Source of the DNA: Escherichia phage HX01
Reading direction: 5' to 3' (one strand)
Sequence record: NC_018855.1
Length of the DNA stretch: 64,000 nucleotides
The notes beneath the pieces were generated by a model, which saw nothing but the letters and a program-made list of their open reading frames with translations, was not told where the DNA came from and searched no databases. The position numbers and the translations under genes are program-made. Numbering within the stretch: the stretch's first letter is position 1; each line of letters opens with the position of its first letter. Shown one piece after another: positions 35,747 to 44,125 of the stretch.

Positions 35747-36110
35747 GCCCTGGGCGTATGAATACAAGCGTAAATTAATCCCAAATGAAGTACTATTTGG
35801 CCCTATTTTAGCTTTAGCATTTTTAATCTTTATGATTATAGGAGCTGTTTTAGATTCCAATAAAGTTATATCGTCTGATGCAGCGTTTTCATTAATGTTC
35901 GTCGCACCACTTATTGTACCGTTTTTATTAATGCCTATTAATTGGGCAGGATATTGGCACCAAGGCCGTCATCACAGAGCCCGATTAAGAGAATGGAAAG
36001 TTCAGTGCGCAAAAGCCCAAGCTCAGTATGATGAAGCTGTTAAAAAGTATGAATATGAAGAAGCTATGGAATTCGTTAAGGAAATAAGATGCAAAAACCT
36101 CAACTCTTAA
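35715..36110 (+). CDS. Small membrane protein, FVKEIRC family variant
   Basis: 131 aa, two hydrophobic helices, C-terminus ...MEFVKEIRCKNLNS. Confidence 0.5.
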   Translation: MSKPTLYMPSKPWAYEYKRKLIPNEVLFGPILALAFLIFMIIGAVLDSNKVISSDAAFSLMFVAPLIVPFLLMPINWAGYWHQGRHHRARLREWKVQCAKAQAQYDEAVKKYEYEEAMEFVKEIRCKNLNS

Positions 36111-36451
36111 CCGTATGGCCTTCTCTTGGTGAGAACATTCTAATTTTTATTATGAGTATTGGCATGGGATTTGCCTTTGGATTAGTTGGATTTCTTATTG
36201 ACGGCGTTGTGTTAGGATTTATAGGGAACACTGGTGGATTCACAGACCAATGGCAGGACTTACGGTATACCCAAGCCTTTGCATCCATCGCATCATTTTG
36301 TACTGTAGTCTATTTTTACTACGATTTTATAAACCATAACAAGAAAAATAAAAAGGTTTACGCTTCTCAAATGATTAGTTATAATGAACTCCTAGCTAGA
36401 CGTGAAAATGAAACAATAGAAAACTTTATTAAGGAATGTAGAAATGAGTAA
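36089..36451 (+). CDS. Small membrane protein, C-terminal ENFIKECR motif family
   Basis: 120 aa, hydrophobic N-terminal half, ends ...ENFIKECRNE. Confidence 0.55.
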   Translation: MQKPQLLTVWPSLGENILIFIMSIGMGFAFGLVGFLIDGVVLGFIGNTGGFTDQWQDLRYTQAFASIASFCTVVYFYYDFINHNKKNKKVYASQMISYNELLARRENETIENFIKECRNE

Positions 36452-36749
36452 GATTATTGAAATTAAAGTACCAGAGTTTAATGATGCCAAATCCGCTTCA
36501 GATGCAATTTATAAACTTCTGAATCAAGCTGAACGTATCGAAGAAGAAGCAACAAAGATCGCAGACCAATATGCCGTATCATTTTCTGTAGGTGATTATG
36601 GTAGCGGTCGTACTTATTATCCTAAGGGTGAAATCGTATCCCAGTGGATGAAAGATGAAATTGAAAATAATGGTGGCGATGTTAAGCGTGAAGGTAATGG
36701 TTACGTTATTACTGAAGGTGCTTGGGTTTCGTCTTCTGCGTTGTGCTAA
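36444..36749 (+). CDS. Small protein, tandem paralogue 1 (C-terminal GxWVSSSxxC)
   Basis: 101 aa ending EGAWVSSSALC. Confidence 0.55.
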   Translation: MSKIIEIKVPEFNDAKSASDAIYKLLNQAERIEEEATKIADQYAVSFSVGDYGSGRTYYPKGEIVSQWMKDEIENNGGDVKREGNGYVITEGAWVSSSALC

Positions 36750-36758
36750 GGAATCATT

Positions 36759-37031
36759 ATGTCTAAAGAACAAACCGAACTGGCTGAAGCTGTAGCAAAA
36801 ATCTATGCAGCTATTGAGGCTGCCAAAGAAATTGCTGATAAACAAAACACAACATTCGACTTGTATCCAGCTTATGGTATGGGTGGAACATATCATTCAC
36901 CCGGACAGCTTAAAGCCGATCTTGAACGTTGTACAAAAAACGGCTATGCTGAATGGGCTGACGTTTACCAATACGACTACAACCTGAGCCTCGAAACTGG
37001 TGGTTGGATCGCATCTTCTCACACTTGCTAA
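36759..37031 (+). CDS. Small protein, tandem paralogue 2
   Basis: 90 aa ending GGWIASSHTC; 9-nt spacer TAAGGAAxCAT to neighbour. Confidence 0.55.
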   Translation: MSKEQTELAEAVAKIYAAIEAAKEIADKQNTTFDLYPAYGMGGTYHSPGQLKADLERCTKNGYAEWADVYQYDYNLSLETGGWIASSHTC

Positions 37032-37040
37032 GGAAACCAT

Positions 37041-37238
37041 ATGTCTCGTGAATTAGATTGTGCTGTACGTACGGCAGTAGCTGCCCTGGAAAACCTGTTC
37101 CAAATTGCAACAGAAGAACGCGAAGAAGTTACATTGTGGATTGAAGATAACGCAGGTCTGAATCTCCAGAACGCGATCTCATTATCCCACAATAGTATCA
37201 CTGTTCAAGGCTGGGTATCATCTAGTTATTCTTGCTAA
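37041..37238 (+). CDS. Small protein, tandem paralogue 3
   Basis: 65 aa ending QGWVSSSYSC. Confidence 0.5.
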   Translation: MSRELDCAVRTAVAALENLFQIATEEREEVTLWIEDNAGLNLQNAISLSHNSITVQGWVSSSYSC

Positions 37239-37242
37239 AACA

Positions 37243-37280
37243 GTTTACAACAAGATAGGGCTATGTTATAGTAGTCCTAT
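37243..37280 (+). promoter_or_regulatory. T4-type early promoter embedded in stem-loop
   Basis: GTTTAC, 18-nt spacer, TATAGT; inverted repeat GATAGGGCTA/TAGTCCTATC. Confidence 0.55.
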
Positions 37281-37300
37281 CAAATTAAATGGAGTCCACA

Positions 37301-37540
37301 ATGATTTATTACGAAAGTATTGGAACCGAAGTGGTTGCTAAAACCATTACTCGTGAAAAGTTTGCAAAGATATTCGATATGCGTTATAAAAAATCTGAAC
37401 ACAAAGGCATCCGATTCGAAGATGCACACTGTACAATTTGCCCTTATAACGAAGACATAAATGGTACAATCGTTCCATTGGTAGAGGCTTCACACGATGA
37501 CCTCTGGGATGAATATGATATCGCATGTCGTGAAATTTAA
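37301..37540 (+). CDS. Hypothetical protein
   Basis: 79 aa from ATG 37301 (RBS AATGGAG). Confidence 0.5.
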   Translation: MIYYESIGTEVVAKTITREKFAKIFDMRYKKSEHKGIRFEDAHCTICPYNEDINGTIVPLVEASHDDLWDEYDIACREI

Positions 37541-37568
37541 GTTAATGAATTAATCCGAGGAAAATATT

Positions 37569-38525
37569 ATGATGTTAGTTATTGGTTCTCGTGCACTTCA
37601 CTATCACGGTCTTATTGATTCTAACGCTATCAAAAATAGTGACTGGGACTTTATTGCAGACCAAGGTTCTTGGAATGCATTCAAAAATCAAATGATGGGT
37701 GTATATGTTCACCAAGATAACCCTGATGTCCAAGTTTTCAAATGCTTCCATAATGGACGCGAAACTCATTTTGAAGCATATATTGTTCCGGCAATCACTA
37801 ATGTCCGTGAATTAGTAGGTGAACTCACTCCTGAAGATTTCACGTCTTCTTATGACCTTTTAAAATACGCCAAGAAAAATTTGACTAAAGACCGTTTGAA
37901 CGGGTTTTACTGGGCAACTCCTGAGATATGTCTTGCAATTAAGATGTCTCATCGTTTCAAGAAAAATAATCCATTCTTTTTAAAGACTATGAACCATATT
38001 CAGTATCTTCGTGGTAAAGGTGTTACACTGAACGATGAACTTACTGAAATTATGCTAAAACGCCAGAAAGAAACCTTGAACTATGCTCACCCAGTTCTTG
38101 ACACTTCTAAAAGTGCGTTCTTTAAAGATGACATCTATACATATGACCATGATACTATTCATGAAGCCATTGCACTAACAGACCGTCCAGCGTATACATT
38201 TTATATGAAAGACGGTTCTGAAGTCATGACATCACGCGAGAAGTTCGAATCATTACCAGAAATGGTCAAATTGGCCGGTGTATACGAAGAATCATGTGTA
38301 CTAGCATTAGAACGTTCTCAAATTCCTAATGACTTTAAAATTAACCCTGAAGCCAGTTTTATGATGGCATTAGAAAAAGTATGTACAAGCATCACCTCCG
38401 GTTGGTTCCGTGAGTATGCCTGGGAAAACTACAGCAAAGTAGTAAGTATGTACCAAAGCTTAGGACATGATGATTACGTCAAACGTTTCAAACAAAATTT
38501 CCATATGGTAAAACCTTTCAAATAA
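37569..38525 (+). CDS. Hypothetical 318-aa protein, possible nucleotidyltransferase-fold N-terminus
   Basis: N-terminal VIGSRA...x16...SDWDF resembles the G[GS]...DxD polymerase-beta-type motif; weak call. Confidence 0.6.
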   Translation: MMLVIGSRALHYHGLIDSNAIKNSDWDFIADQGSWNAFKNQMMGVYVHQDNPDVQVFKCFHNGRETHFEAYIVPAITNVRELVGELTPEDFTSSYDLLKYAKKNLTKDRLNGFYWATPEICLAIKMSHRFKKNNPFFLKTMNHIQYLRGKGVTLNDELTEIMLKRQKETLNYAHPVLDTSKSAFFKDDIYTYDHDTIHEAIALTDRPAYTFYMKDGSEVMTSREKFESLPEMVKLAGVYEESCVLALERSQIPNDFKINPEASFMMALEKVCTSITSGWFREYAWENYSKVVSMYQSLGHDDYVKRFKQNFHMVKPFK

Positions 38526-38537
38526 CTTCACAAAACT

Positions 38538-38575
38538 GTTTACACAATTATAGGGCTATATTATAGTAGTCCTAT
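38538..38575 (+). promoter_or_regulatory. T4-type early promoter embedded in stem-loop
   Basis: GTTTAC, 18-nt spacer, TATAGT; inverted repeat TATAGGGCTA/TAGTCCTAT. Confidence 0.55.
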
Positions 38576-38595
38576 TAAAACATGAGGAGAATATT

Positions 38596-38901
38596 ATGAA
38601 ATTAACAGAAACCAACCGAATTGGTCTTTTAACAATATTTGCATCACCTTTTTACGCAGCCCTTTCTGTTGCAGTATTACAAAAGGCTTACGATATGGAT
38701 GGTGTTCCTGGTTTTGTATTCTTATCACCGTTTTTATTATTCGTCGGAGCATTGTTATTATATGCCACGACTAGTTTCGACCATAATGTCTGGGTCAATT
38801 ATAAATGTAAATTGTCTGAAGAAGAACACGCAGAAGCTCGTAAAAAAGCTATTGAATCTACCAATCTAGAAAATTTCATTAAAGAATGTCGAGGAAAATA
38901 A
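38596..38901 (+). CDS. Small membrane protein, C-terminal ENFIKECR motif family
   Basis: 101 aa, two hydrophobic helices, ends ...NLENFIKECRGK. Confidence 0.55.
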   Translation: MKLTETNRIGLLTIFASPFYAALSVAVLQKAYDMDGVPGFVFLSPFLLFVGALLLYATTSFDHNVWVNYKCKLSEEEHAEARKKAIESTNLENFIKECRGK

Positions 38902-38902
38902 T

Positions 38903-39589
38903 ATGAATAGTTCTAAAGTGTTTAATAGTCAAGCTCGTGCAGTAGGTGGTTTCGCTGGTAAAATTTCTAACGATAAAATCAAAAACGAACCTATGTTCTT
39001 CAACAGCTCGTTAGCCTTCGCTTTTGATAATGGTGGCCCTATTACTCGCAGCTTCATCATGAACCTACCAGATGATTGGAACACCGACCAGGTTGTATTT
39101 GATTCACGAGTCCACATGCTGATGCCTGGTTGGTATCCTGCTATTCCTGGATATCACCATGATGACGTACCACGCCCTGATATTCCAGTTGGTCAACACT
39201 TTATTACTGCAGGACAACCTGATTATGACAATCCTCGCTATTTGTCTGAACATATTCTTGGTCTTGTTAACGCTGATGTGTGTCCTACTCATTTTGCAAC
39301 AGGAACTGCAGAGTTCAGTCAGATTCCTGATGGCGAACTTATCTATCGTCAGTGGCACAAAGAAGTCCTCGAAAAAATTGAAAAAGGTGAACTAGAGAAA
39401 TGGGAAGCTCCAGATCGTACTCTTCTTCAGTTTGATTGGCAAACATGGCACACTGGTTCTCGTGCAATTAGTAACGGATGGCGTTGGTTCGGACGTGTAT
39501 CTCGTAATACAGACCGAGTTAAAAAGATTACCAATGAAATTCGTGTCAATGCTCAAGTTTATCTGGAATTCCCTATGGAAGGCTGGTAA
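38903..39589 (+). CDS. Hypothetical protein
   Basis: 228-aa ORF, no recognisable motif. Confidence 0.55.
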   Translation: MNSSKVFNSQARAVGGFAGKISNDKIKNEPMFFNSSLAFAFDNGGPITRSFIMNLPDDWNTDQVVFDSRVHMLMPGWYPAIPGYHHDDVPRPDIPVGQHFITAGQPDYDNPRYLSEHILGLVNADVCPTHFATGTAEFSQIPDGELIYRQWHKEVLEKIEKGELEKWEAPDRTLLQFDWQTWHTGSRAISNGWRWFGRVSRNTDRVKKITNEIRVNAQVYLEFPMEGW

Positions 39590-40080
39590 TGATTAACAAA
39601 ACATATTGGTCTAATATAGACGATAGCAATGAAGGTATTTCATACTATTCAGTAGATTGGACAGGATGTCCATCCTACTTAGTGAAAAATATTTGCCAAG
39701 AATTTAAAATCGACCAGCCAGCAGGTATTATCGTGAACAGATACATTAATGGATATCAACCTATCGATGAAGTAATACGAACAACTCAAGCTGAGCTTGA
39801 AAGGTTTTTCAATAAGTGCCAATGGATAACAGGATGGATTATATTTGTACCATCTATATGGTTTTTCAGTACTAAGGTGAGTTCTTTCGGTTTTGTTGAT
39901 ATTATTGCTATCTTATTAGCATCTAGTATCATAAGTGTTGTTGGTGGCATCATTGGCGGCGGTACCGCCGCCATCATTATTAATCTTGTTAAAAGTAGTT
40001 TACAAGAACATAAAGACAAGATAAAAGCCAAGAATAATGAAGTTGAACGTTTTATTACCGAATGCAGGAATTTGAGATGA
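39589..40080 (+). CDS. Membrane protein, C-terminal ERFITECR motif family
   Basis: 163 aa, hydrophobic central region with Gly-rich TM helix, ends ...VERFITECRNLR. Confidence 0.55.
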   Translation: MINKTYWSNIDDSNEGISYYSVDWTGCPSYLVKNICQEFKIDQPAGIIVNRYINGYQPIDEVIRTTQAELERFFNKCQWITGWIIFVPSIWFFSTKVSSFGFVDIIAILLASSIISVVGGIIGGGTAAIIINLVKSSLQEHKDKIKAKNNEVERFITECRNLR

Positions 40081-40313
40081 GTATAGCAATTTACATTAAA
40101 TCAGAATCATGTGATTCTTATCTGTATTCCTATGATACCGGAACGTCAGAAGAGAAAATCAAAGAAGATTTAGAAAGCGACTTGGATATGTTCCGACCTA
40201 TTTCTGATTATATGGTCCAAATATCTGATAGTGAAAGTCCGTCAACAGAAACATGTGTTGAAATTATTATACGAGATATCTTTAAACAATCATGGGACCG
40301 AGATGATGAGTAA
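40077..40313 (+). CDS. Small acidic hypothetical protein
   Basis: 78 aa from ATG 40077; overlaps nudE start. Confidence 0.45.
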   Translation: MSIAIYIKSESCDSYLYSYDTGTSEEKIKEDLESDLDMFRPISDYMVQISDSESPSTETCVEIIIRDIFKQSWDRDDE

Positions 40314-40761
40314 GAAAAATAAAGTGAAAGAACTATCAGCCGGTATTATTTTCCTTACCGAAGATAAAGAATTATTCATGGGGCGTGTAACTGGTTCTCG
40401 TCCTAAAGGTTCTTTAGCTCATCGGTGGGATATTCCTAAAGGTCGTGTCGAGCCCGGTGAATCTCCTATCGAAGCCGCTATTCGTGAATGCGAAGAAGAA
40501 ACTGGGTTTACACAATATGACCCTGCCTTCCTGAAAGACCTAGGTGAACATCATTACTCAGACAATAAGAATATTCACCTGTTCCTATATACCATCCCTG
40601 TAGAGCACGAGCAATTCAGAAATAGTGTTTGTAATTCCTATCATACATTCCCAGACGGACGTCAGATTCCTGAATTTGATGCATTCGCTTTAATTAAACC
40701 TTCTCAATGGGAATATGTAATGGGCAAATCATTATATAAGGTGCTCACTACCCTCCTATAA
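40303..40761 (+). CDS. nudE: Nudix hydrolase NudE (e.1)
   Basis: Nudix box GRVEPGESPIEAAIRECEEETG; immediately upstream of e as in T4. Confidence 0.8.
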   Translation: MMSKKNKVKELSAGIIFLTEDKELFMGRVTGSRPKGSLAHRWDIPKGRVEPGESPIEAAIRECEEETGFTQYDPAFLKDLGEHHYSDNKNIHLFLYTIPVEHEQFRNSVCNSYHTFPDGRQIPEFDAFALIKPSQWEYVMGKSLYKVLTTLL

Positions 40762-40770
40762 GTAATAAAT

Positions 40771-40792
40771 ACCTCCTATAAACGTGGGAGGT
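40771..40792 (+). promoter_or_regulatory. RBS-sequestering hairpin upstream of e, with late-promoter-like TATAAA in loop
   Basis: ACCTCC-TATAAACGTG-GGAGGT; 3' arm is the e Shine-Dalgarno, as described for T4 e. Confidence 0.5.
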
Positions 40793-40795
40793 ATT

Positions 40796-41284
40796 ATGAA
40801 TATATTTGAAATGCTTCGTAATGACGAAGGTCTTAGACTGACTTTATACAAAGACACTGAAGGCTTTTGGACGATTGGCATAGGCCATTTAGTAACAAAG
40901 AACCCATCTTTAGCCGTAGCTAAAGCTGAACTTGACAGAATGATCGGCCGTAAATGCAACGGTACAATTACCCTTGATGAGGCTGAAAAGCTATTTAATG
41001 AAGACGTTGATAAAGCCGTTCGCGGAATCTTGGGTAATGCTAAACTTAAACCGGTATACGATTCTTTAGATGCGGTTCGTCGTTGTGCATTGGTCAATAT
41101 GGTCTTCCAAATGGGTGTAGCAGGCGTCGCCGGTTTTACTAATTCTCTTCGTATGCTTCAACAGAAACGTTGGGACGAAGCGGCAGTAAATCTAGCCCAA
41201 TCTAAATGGTATCGTCAGACACCCAATCGCGCGAAACGCGTAATATCAACATTTAAAACAGGAACTTGGAAAGCGTATATATGA
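40796..41284 (+). CDS. e: Endolysin (T4 lysozyme) gpe
   Basis: [32 protein letters not shown]... very close to T4 lysozyme by recall. Confidence 0.92.
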   Translation: MNIFEMLRNDEGLRLTLYKDTEGFWTIGIGHLVTKNPSLAVAKAELDRMIGRKCNGTITLDEAEKLFNEDVDKAVRGILGNAKLKPVYDSLDAVRRCALVNMVFQMGVAGVAGFTNSLRMLQQKRWDEAAVNLAQSKWYRQTPNRAKRVISTFKTGTWKAYI

Positions 41285-41549
41285 AAACATATAGTGAATT
41301 TTTATCAGAATCTATTCTTAACGAAGCTACTGACACATTTGCAACTAAGTTAGGTGCAGCTTTGGTTGAAGCCGAAAGTCTATTAGCACGTATTTTAAGA
41401 TAGATACTCGCAAATTTGAACGTACCAGTGATATCGTTAAGCTTGAAGCCTTGTTGCGTATGTGTGATAAACCGGAAGAAATCGCTAAGAACGGCTCGCT
41501 GATGAAACAACGTCTTGAAAAATATATTTCAGGCGCTTCAGAAAAATAG
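41281..41549 (+). pseudogene. Internal-protein-like gene interrupted by a frameshift
   Basis: [10 protein letters not shown] capsid-targeting-like start, in-frame TAG at 41401 after 40 codons, coding continues in the -1 frame for 48 codons to 41549. Confidence 0.45.
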
Positions 41550-41550
41550 T

Positions 41551-41605
41551 GTTTACTTCCTCCAAGGGTTTTGATACTATACATTCATCAACTACTTGGA
41601 GGAAA
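41551..41605 (+). promoter_or_regulatory. T4-type early promoter with long stem-loop enclosing -10 and denV RBS
   Basis: GTTTAC, 18-nt spacer, TACTAT; 10-bp inverted repeat TTCCTCCAAG...CTTGGAGGAA whose 3' arm is the SD. Confidence 0.55.
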
Positions 41606-41607
41606 TT

Positions 41608-42021
41608 ATGACTCGTATCAATTTAACACTTGTTTCTGAACTGACCGACCAACATCTTATGGCTGAGTATCGTGAATTACCACGCGTATTTGGTGCAGTC
41701 CGTAAACATGTTCAAAACGGTAAACGTGTAAAGGATTTTAAAATCTCCCCGACATTTATCTTAGGCACAGGTCATGTAACATTCTTTTACGACAAACTCG
41801 AATTTTTACGTTTACGTCAAATCGAGCTAATCGCTGAATGCTTGAAACGTGGTTTCAAAATCAAGGACACGACTGTCCAAGATATTTCCGACATCCCTGC
41901 CGAATTTCGTAATAATTATGTCCCGACCGAAGCGTCCATTGCGATAAGTCAAGCTCGTTTAGATGAAAAAATTGCTCAACGTCCTACTTGGTACAAATAC
42001 TATGGTAAATCAATTTACTAA
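41608..42021 (+). CDS. denV: Endonuclease V (pyrimidine-dimer glycosylase) DenV
   Basis: [34 protein letters not shown]... matches T4 endo V by recall. Confidence 0.92.
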   Translation: MTRINLTLVSELTDQHLMAEYRELPRVFGAVRKHVQNGKRVKDFKISPTFILGTGHVTFFYDKLEFLRLRQIELIAECLKRGFKIKDTTVQDISDIPAEFRNNYVPTEASIAISQARLDEKIAQRPTWYKYYGKSIY

Positions 42022-42052
42022 GGAAAAAGGTTGCGATGGTAAAGCTTAAACA

Positions 42053-42082
42053 GTTTACGCTTAAGTATTAATATGGTATAAT
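42053..42082 (+). promoter_or_regulatory. T4-type early promoter
   Basis: GTTTAC, 18-nt spacer, TATAAT. Confidence 0.55.
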
Positions 42083-42112
42083 TACTCTATCAAAACAAAC
42101 AAGGAAACAAAA

Positions 42113-42415
42113 ATGAAAACATATCAAGAATTTATTACTGAAGCGCGAGTGAGTGCAGGTAAATTAGAAGCCGCTATAAATAAAAAGGCCCATTCATTTC
42201 ACGATTTGTCCGATAAAGACCGTAAGAAACTTGTAAGCCTTTATATTGACAAAGAGCGTATTCTCGCTCTTCCTGGCGCTAATGAAGGTAAACAGGCCAA
42301 GCCTTTGAATGCTGTTGAAAAGAAAATTGATAACTTTGCTTCTAAATTCGGTATGTCTATGGATGACCTTCAGCAAGCGGCTATCGAAGCAGCTAAAGTA
42401 ATTAAAGGTAAATAA
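42113..42415 (+). CDS. ipII: Internal protein II-like (capsid-targeted)
   Basis: 100 aa starting MKTYQEFITEA (canonical capsid-targeting sequence). Confidence 0.65.
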   Translation: MKTYQEFITEARVSAGKLEAAINKKAHSFHDLSDKDRKKLVSLYIDKERILALPGANEGKQAKPLNAVEKKIDNFASKFGMSMDDLQQAAIEAAKVIKGK

Positions 42416-42417
42416 CA

Positions 42418-42470
42418 GTTTACTTTCTCCTAGAATTGTGATAGTATAATCATAATTACTTGGAGAGGTA
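42418..42470 (+). promoter_or_regulatory. Early promoter/stem-loop duplicate driving a denV remnant
   Basis: GTTTAC ... TATAAT ... TTGGAGAGG, homologous to the denV promoter. Confidence 0.5.
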
Positions 42471-42472
42471 AA

Positions 42473-42525
42473 ATGACTCGATGAAAAAATTTTAATGAAG
42501 CCACACTGGTATAAGTATTAAGGCA
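42473..42525 (+). pseudogene. denV remnant (5' start fused to degraded 3' end)
   Basis: ATGACTCG (as denV start) then TGA after 3 codons; following GATGAAAAAATT...CACTGGTATAAGTAT matches denV 3' end DNA. Confidence 0.4.
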
Positions 42526-42687
42526 AAAATATTTACATTCAAATAACATGGGAACAAGCTGGACCTCATGATTCTATGAGGGATTCCCGCCAACCTGTAA
42601 TAAGGTCGAGTCCAAGTGCGGTAATGGGTAAATACAGAAATGGACAATTCATGTGCCATGGAATGGCCCAAACTTAGAGAGAACAAA

Positions 42688-43227
42688 ATGAAAACATTTT
42701 TAACTGGACCTTATCTATCCCTGATGAATGCTTTTACACACCATTCTGATGCTAGAGTAGAAGAAATTTGTAAGAACGGTTATGTCCCACCATTTGAAGA
42801 CATACTCAAGCAGTACTGTACACTTCGTTTAGACGGTGGCAGACAATCAGGTAAATCCACTGCAGTAACTAATTTTGCTGCTAATTGGCTGCACGACGAT
42901 GGAACAGTTATTGTTCTTTCTAATACTTCAGCTTATGCTAAAATTTCTGCTGGCAACATTAAAAAAGAATTTTCTCGTTATTCTAGCGACGATATTCGAT
43001 TCCGTTTATTTACTGATTCTGTCCGTAGTTTTATTGGCAATGAAGGTTCTAAATTCCGTGGATTAACGCTTTCTCGTATTCTGTATATAATTGACGAGCC
43101 TATTAAAGCTCCTGATATGGATAAGATTTACAACATACATATTAAAACAGTCCAACACTGTTGCAAAAGCAAATATTGCATCAGTGGTATTGCTCGTCCT
43201 CAATTTTTTGTGATTGGAATGCAATGA
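42688..43227 (+). CDS. P-loop NTPase, function unknown
   Basis: 179 aa; Walker A GGRQSGKST and Walker B-like LYIIDE. Confidence 0.6.
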   Translation: MKTFLTGPYLSLMNAFTHHSDARVEEICKNGYVPPFEDILKQYCTLRLDGGRQSGKSTAVTNFAANWLHDDGTVIVLSNTSAYAKISAGNIKKEFSRYSSDDIRFRLFTDSVRSFIGNEGSKFRGLTLSRILYIIDEPIKAPDMDKIYNIHIKTVQHCCKSKYCISGIARPQFFVIGMQ

Positions 43228-43532
43228 TGACCACTATTGAAGTTTTTGAGTATTGTTATAACAGCCCAGTATGCAATAAAAGGGCTCTTGTAGAAAATTA
43301 TGAGATTTACCATTTTAAACCTAAACGATACCGTTTGACTAAAGGTCCGTTCGCAGGGCAGCAGGTTCTTTGTACTGCTCCTAATGCACGGTTGATGACT
43401 AGTATTCCGCATTTCAAAATGGAATTTATTGATGGGCCATTTAAAGGATTAATCACTCAAAGTTTAATGGCGTTTAATTCCGACCCATTTTTGATTAAAG
43501 AAAAAACTTGGATAAATTTATTTTCTAATTGA
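43224..43532 (+). CDS. Hypothetical protein
   Basis: 102 aa, ATGATGA overlap with upstream stop. Confidence 0.5.
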   Translation: MMTTIEVFEYCYNSPVCNKRALVENYEIYHFKPKRYRLTKGPFAGQQVLCTAPNARLMTSIPHFKMEFIDGPFKGLITQSLMAFNSDPFLIKEKTWINLFSN

Positions 43533-43538
43533 GGTTAT

Positions 43539-43901
43539 ATGAAAGCATATCAAATTCTTGAAGGTGTACATAAAGGCACTATTTATTTTGAAGACGGTAC
43601 TCAAGCCCGGATTATCGTCTCTAAGACTTTTAAAGAAGACGCTATTGTAGACCCGGAAATTTTCTACGGTTTGAATGCCCGTGAAATTGAAATTGAACAT
43701 CAACCTAAAGTTAAAATTGAAGGTGGTCAACACCTGAACGTTAACGTTCTGCGTCGTGAAACTCTGGAAGATGCAGTTAAGCATCCGGAAAAATATCCGC
43801 AGCTGACCATCCGTGTATCCGGTTATGCAGTTCGCTTTAACTCTCTGACTCCGGAACAGCAGCGCGACGTTATCGCTCGGACATTTACCGAGAGTCTATA
43901 A
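43539..43901 (+). CDS. Autonomous glycyl-radical cofactor GrcA/YfiD-like
   Basis: C-terminal half ...[49 protein letters not shown] matches E. coli GrcA by recall incl. RVSGY glycine-radical motif; enterobacterial-like codons. Confidence 0.85.
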   Translation: MKAYQILEGVHKGTIYFEDGTQARIIVSKTFKEDAIVDPEIFYGLNAREIEIEHQPKVKIEGGQHLNVNVLRRETLEDAVKHPEKYPQLTIRVSGYAVRFNSLTPEQQRDVIARTFTESL

Positions 43902-44125
43902 TGGCTAAATTGATTATAGAAGGGTCTGAAGATGTTTTAAAATGTTTTGCCGCCTGGTTTAGTTGCTCAGGCGAGCAATCATTCATTGAAGCATTTAGAA
44001 CGGGTGATATTACTGGAAAATATCCGTCAACCGATATCACTGTACGCGGATATGGTATTAATGAGCCTATCCAATTGGTCGAATATGACCTTGCCACCGA
44101 TGAGGAAATTCCTTATGTCGATTGA
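43901..44125 (+). CDS. Hypothetical protein
   Basis: 74-aa ORF coupled to GrcA-like gene (TAATG). Confidence 0.45.
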   Translation: MAKLIIEGSEDVLKCFAAWFSCSGEQSFIEAFRTGDITGKYPSTDITVRGYGINEPIQLVEYDLATDEEIPYVD

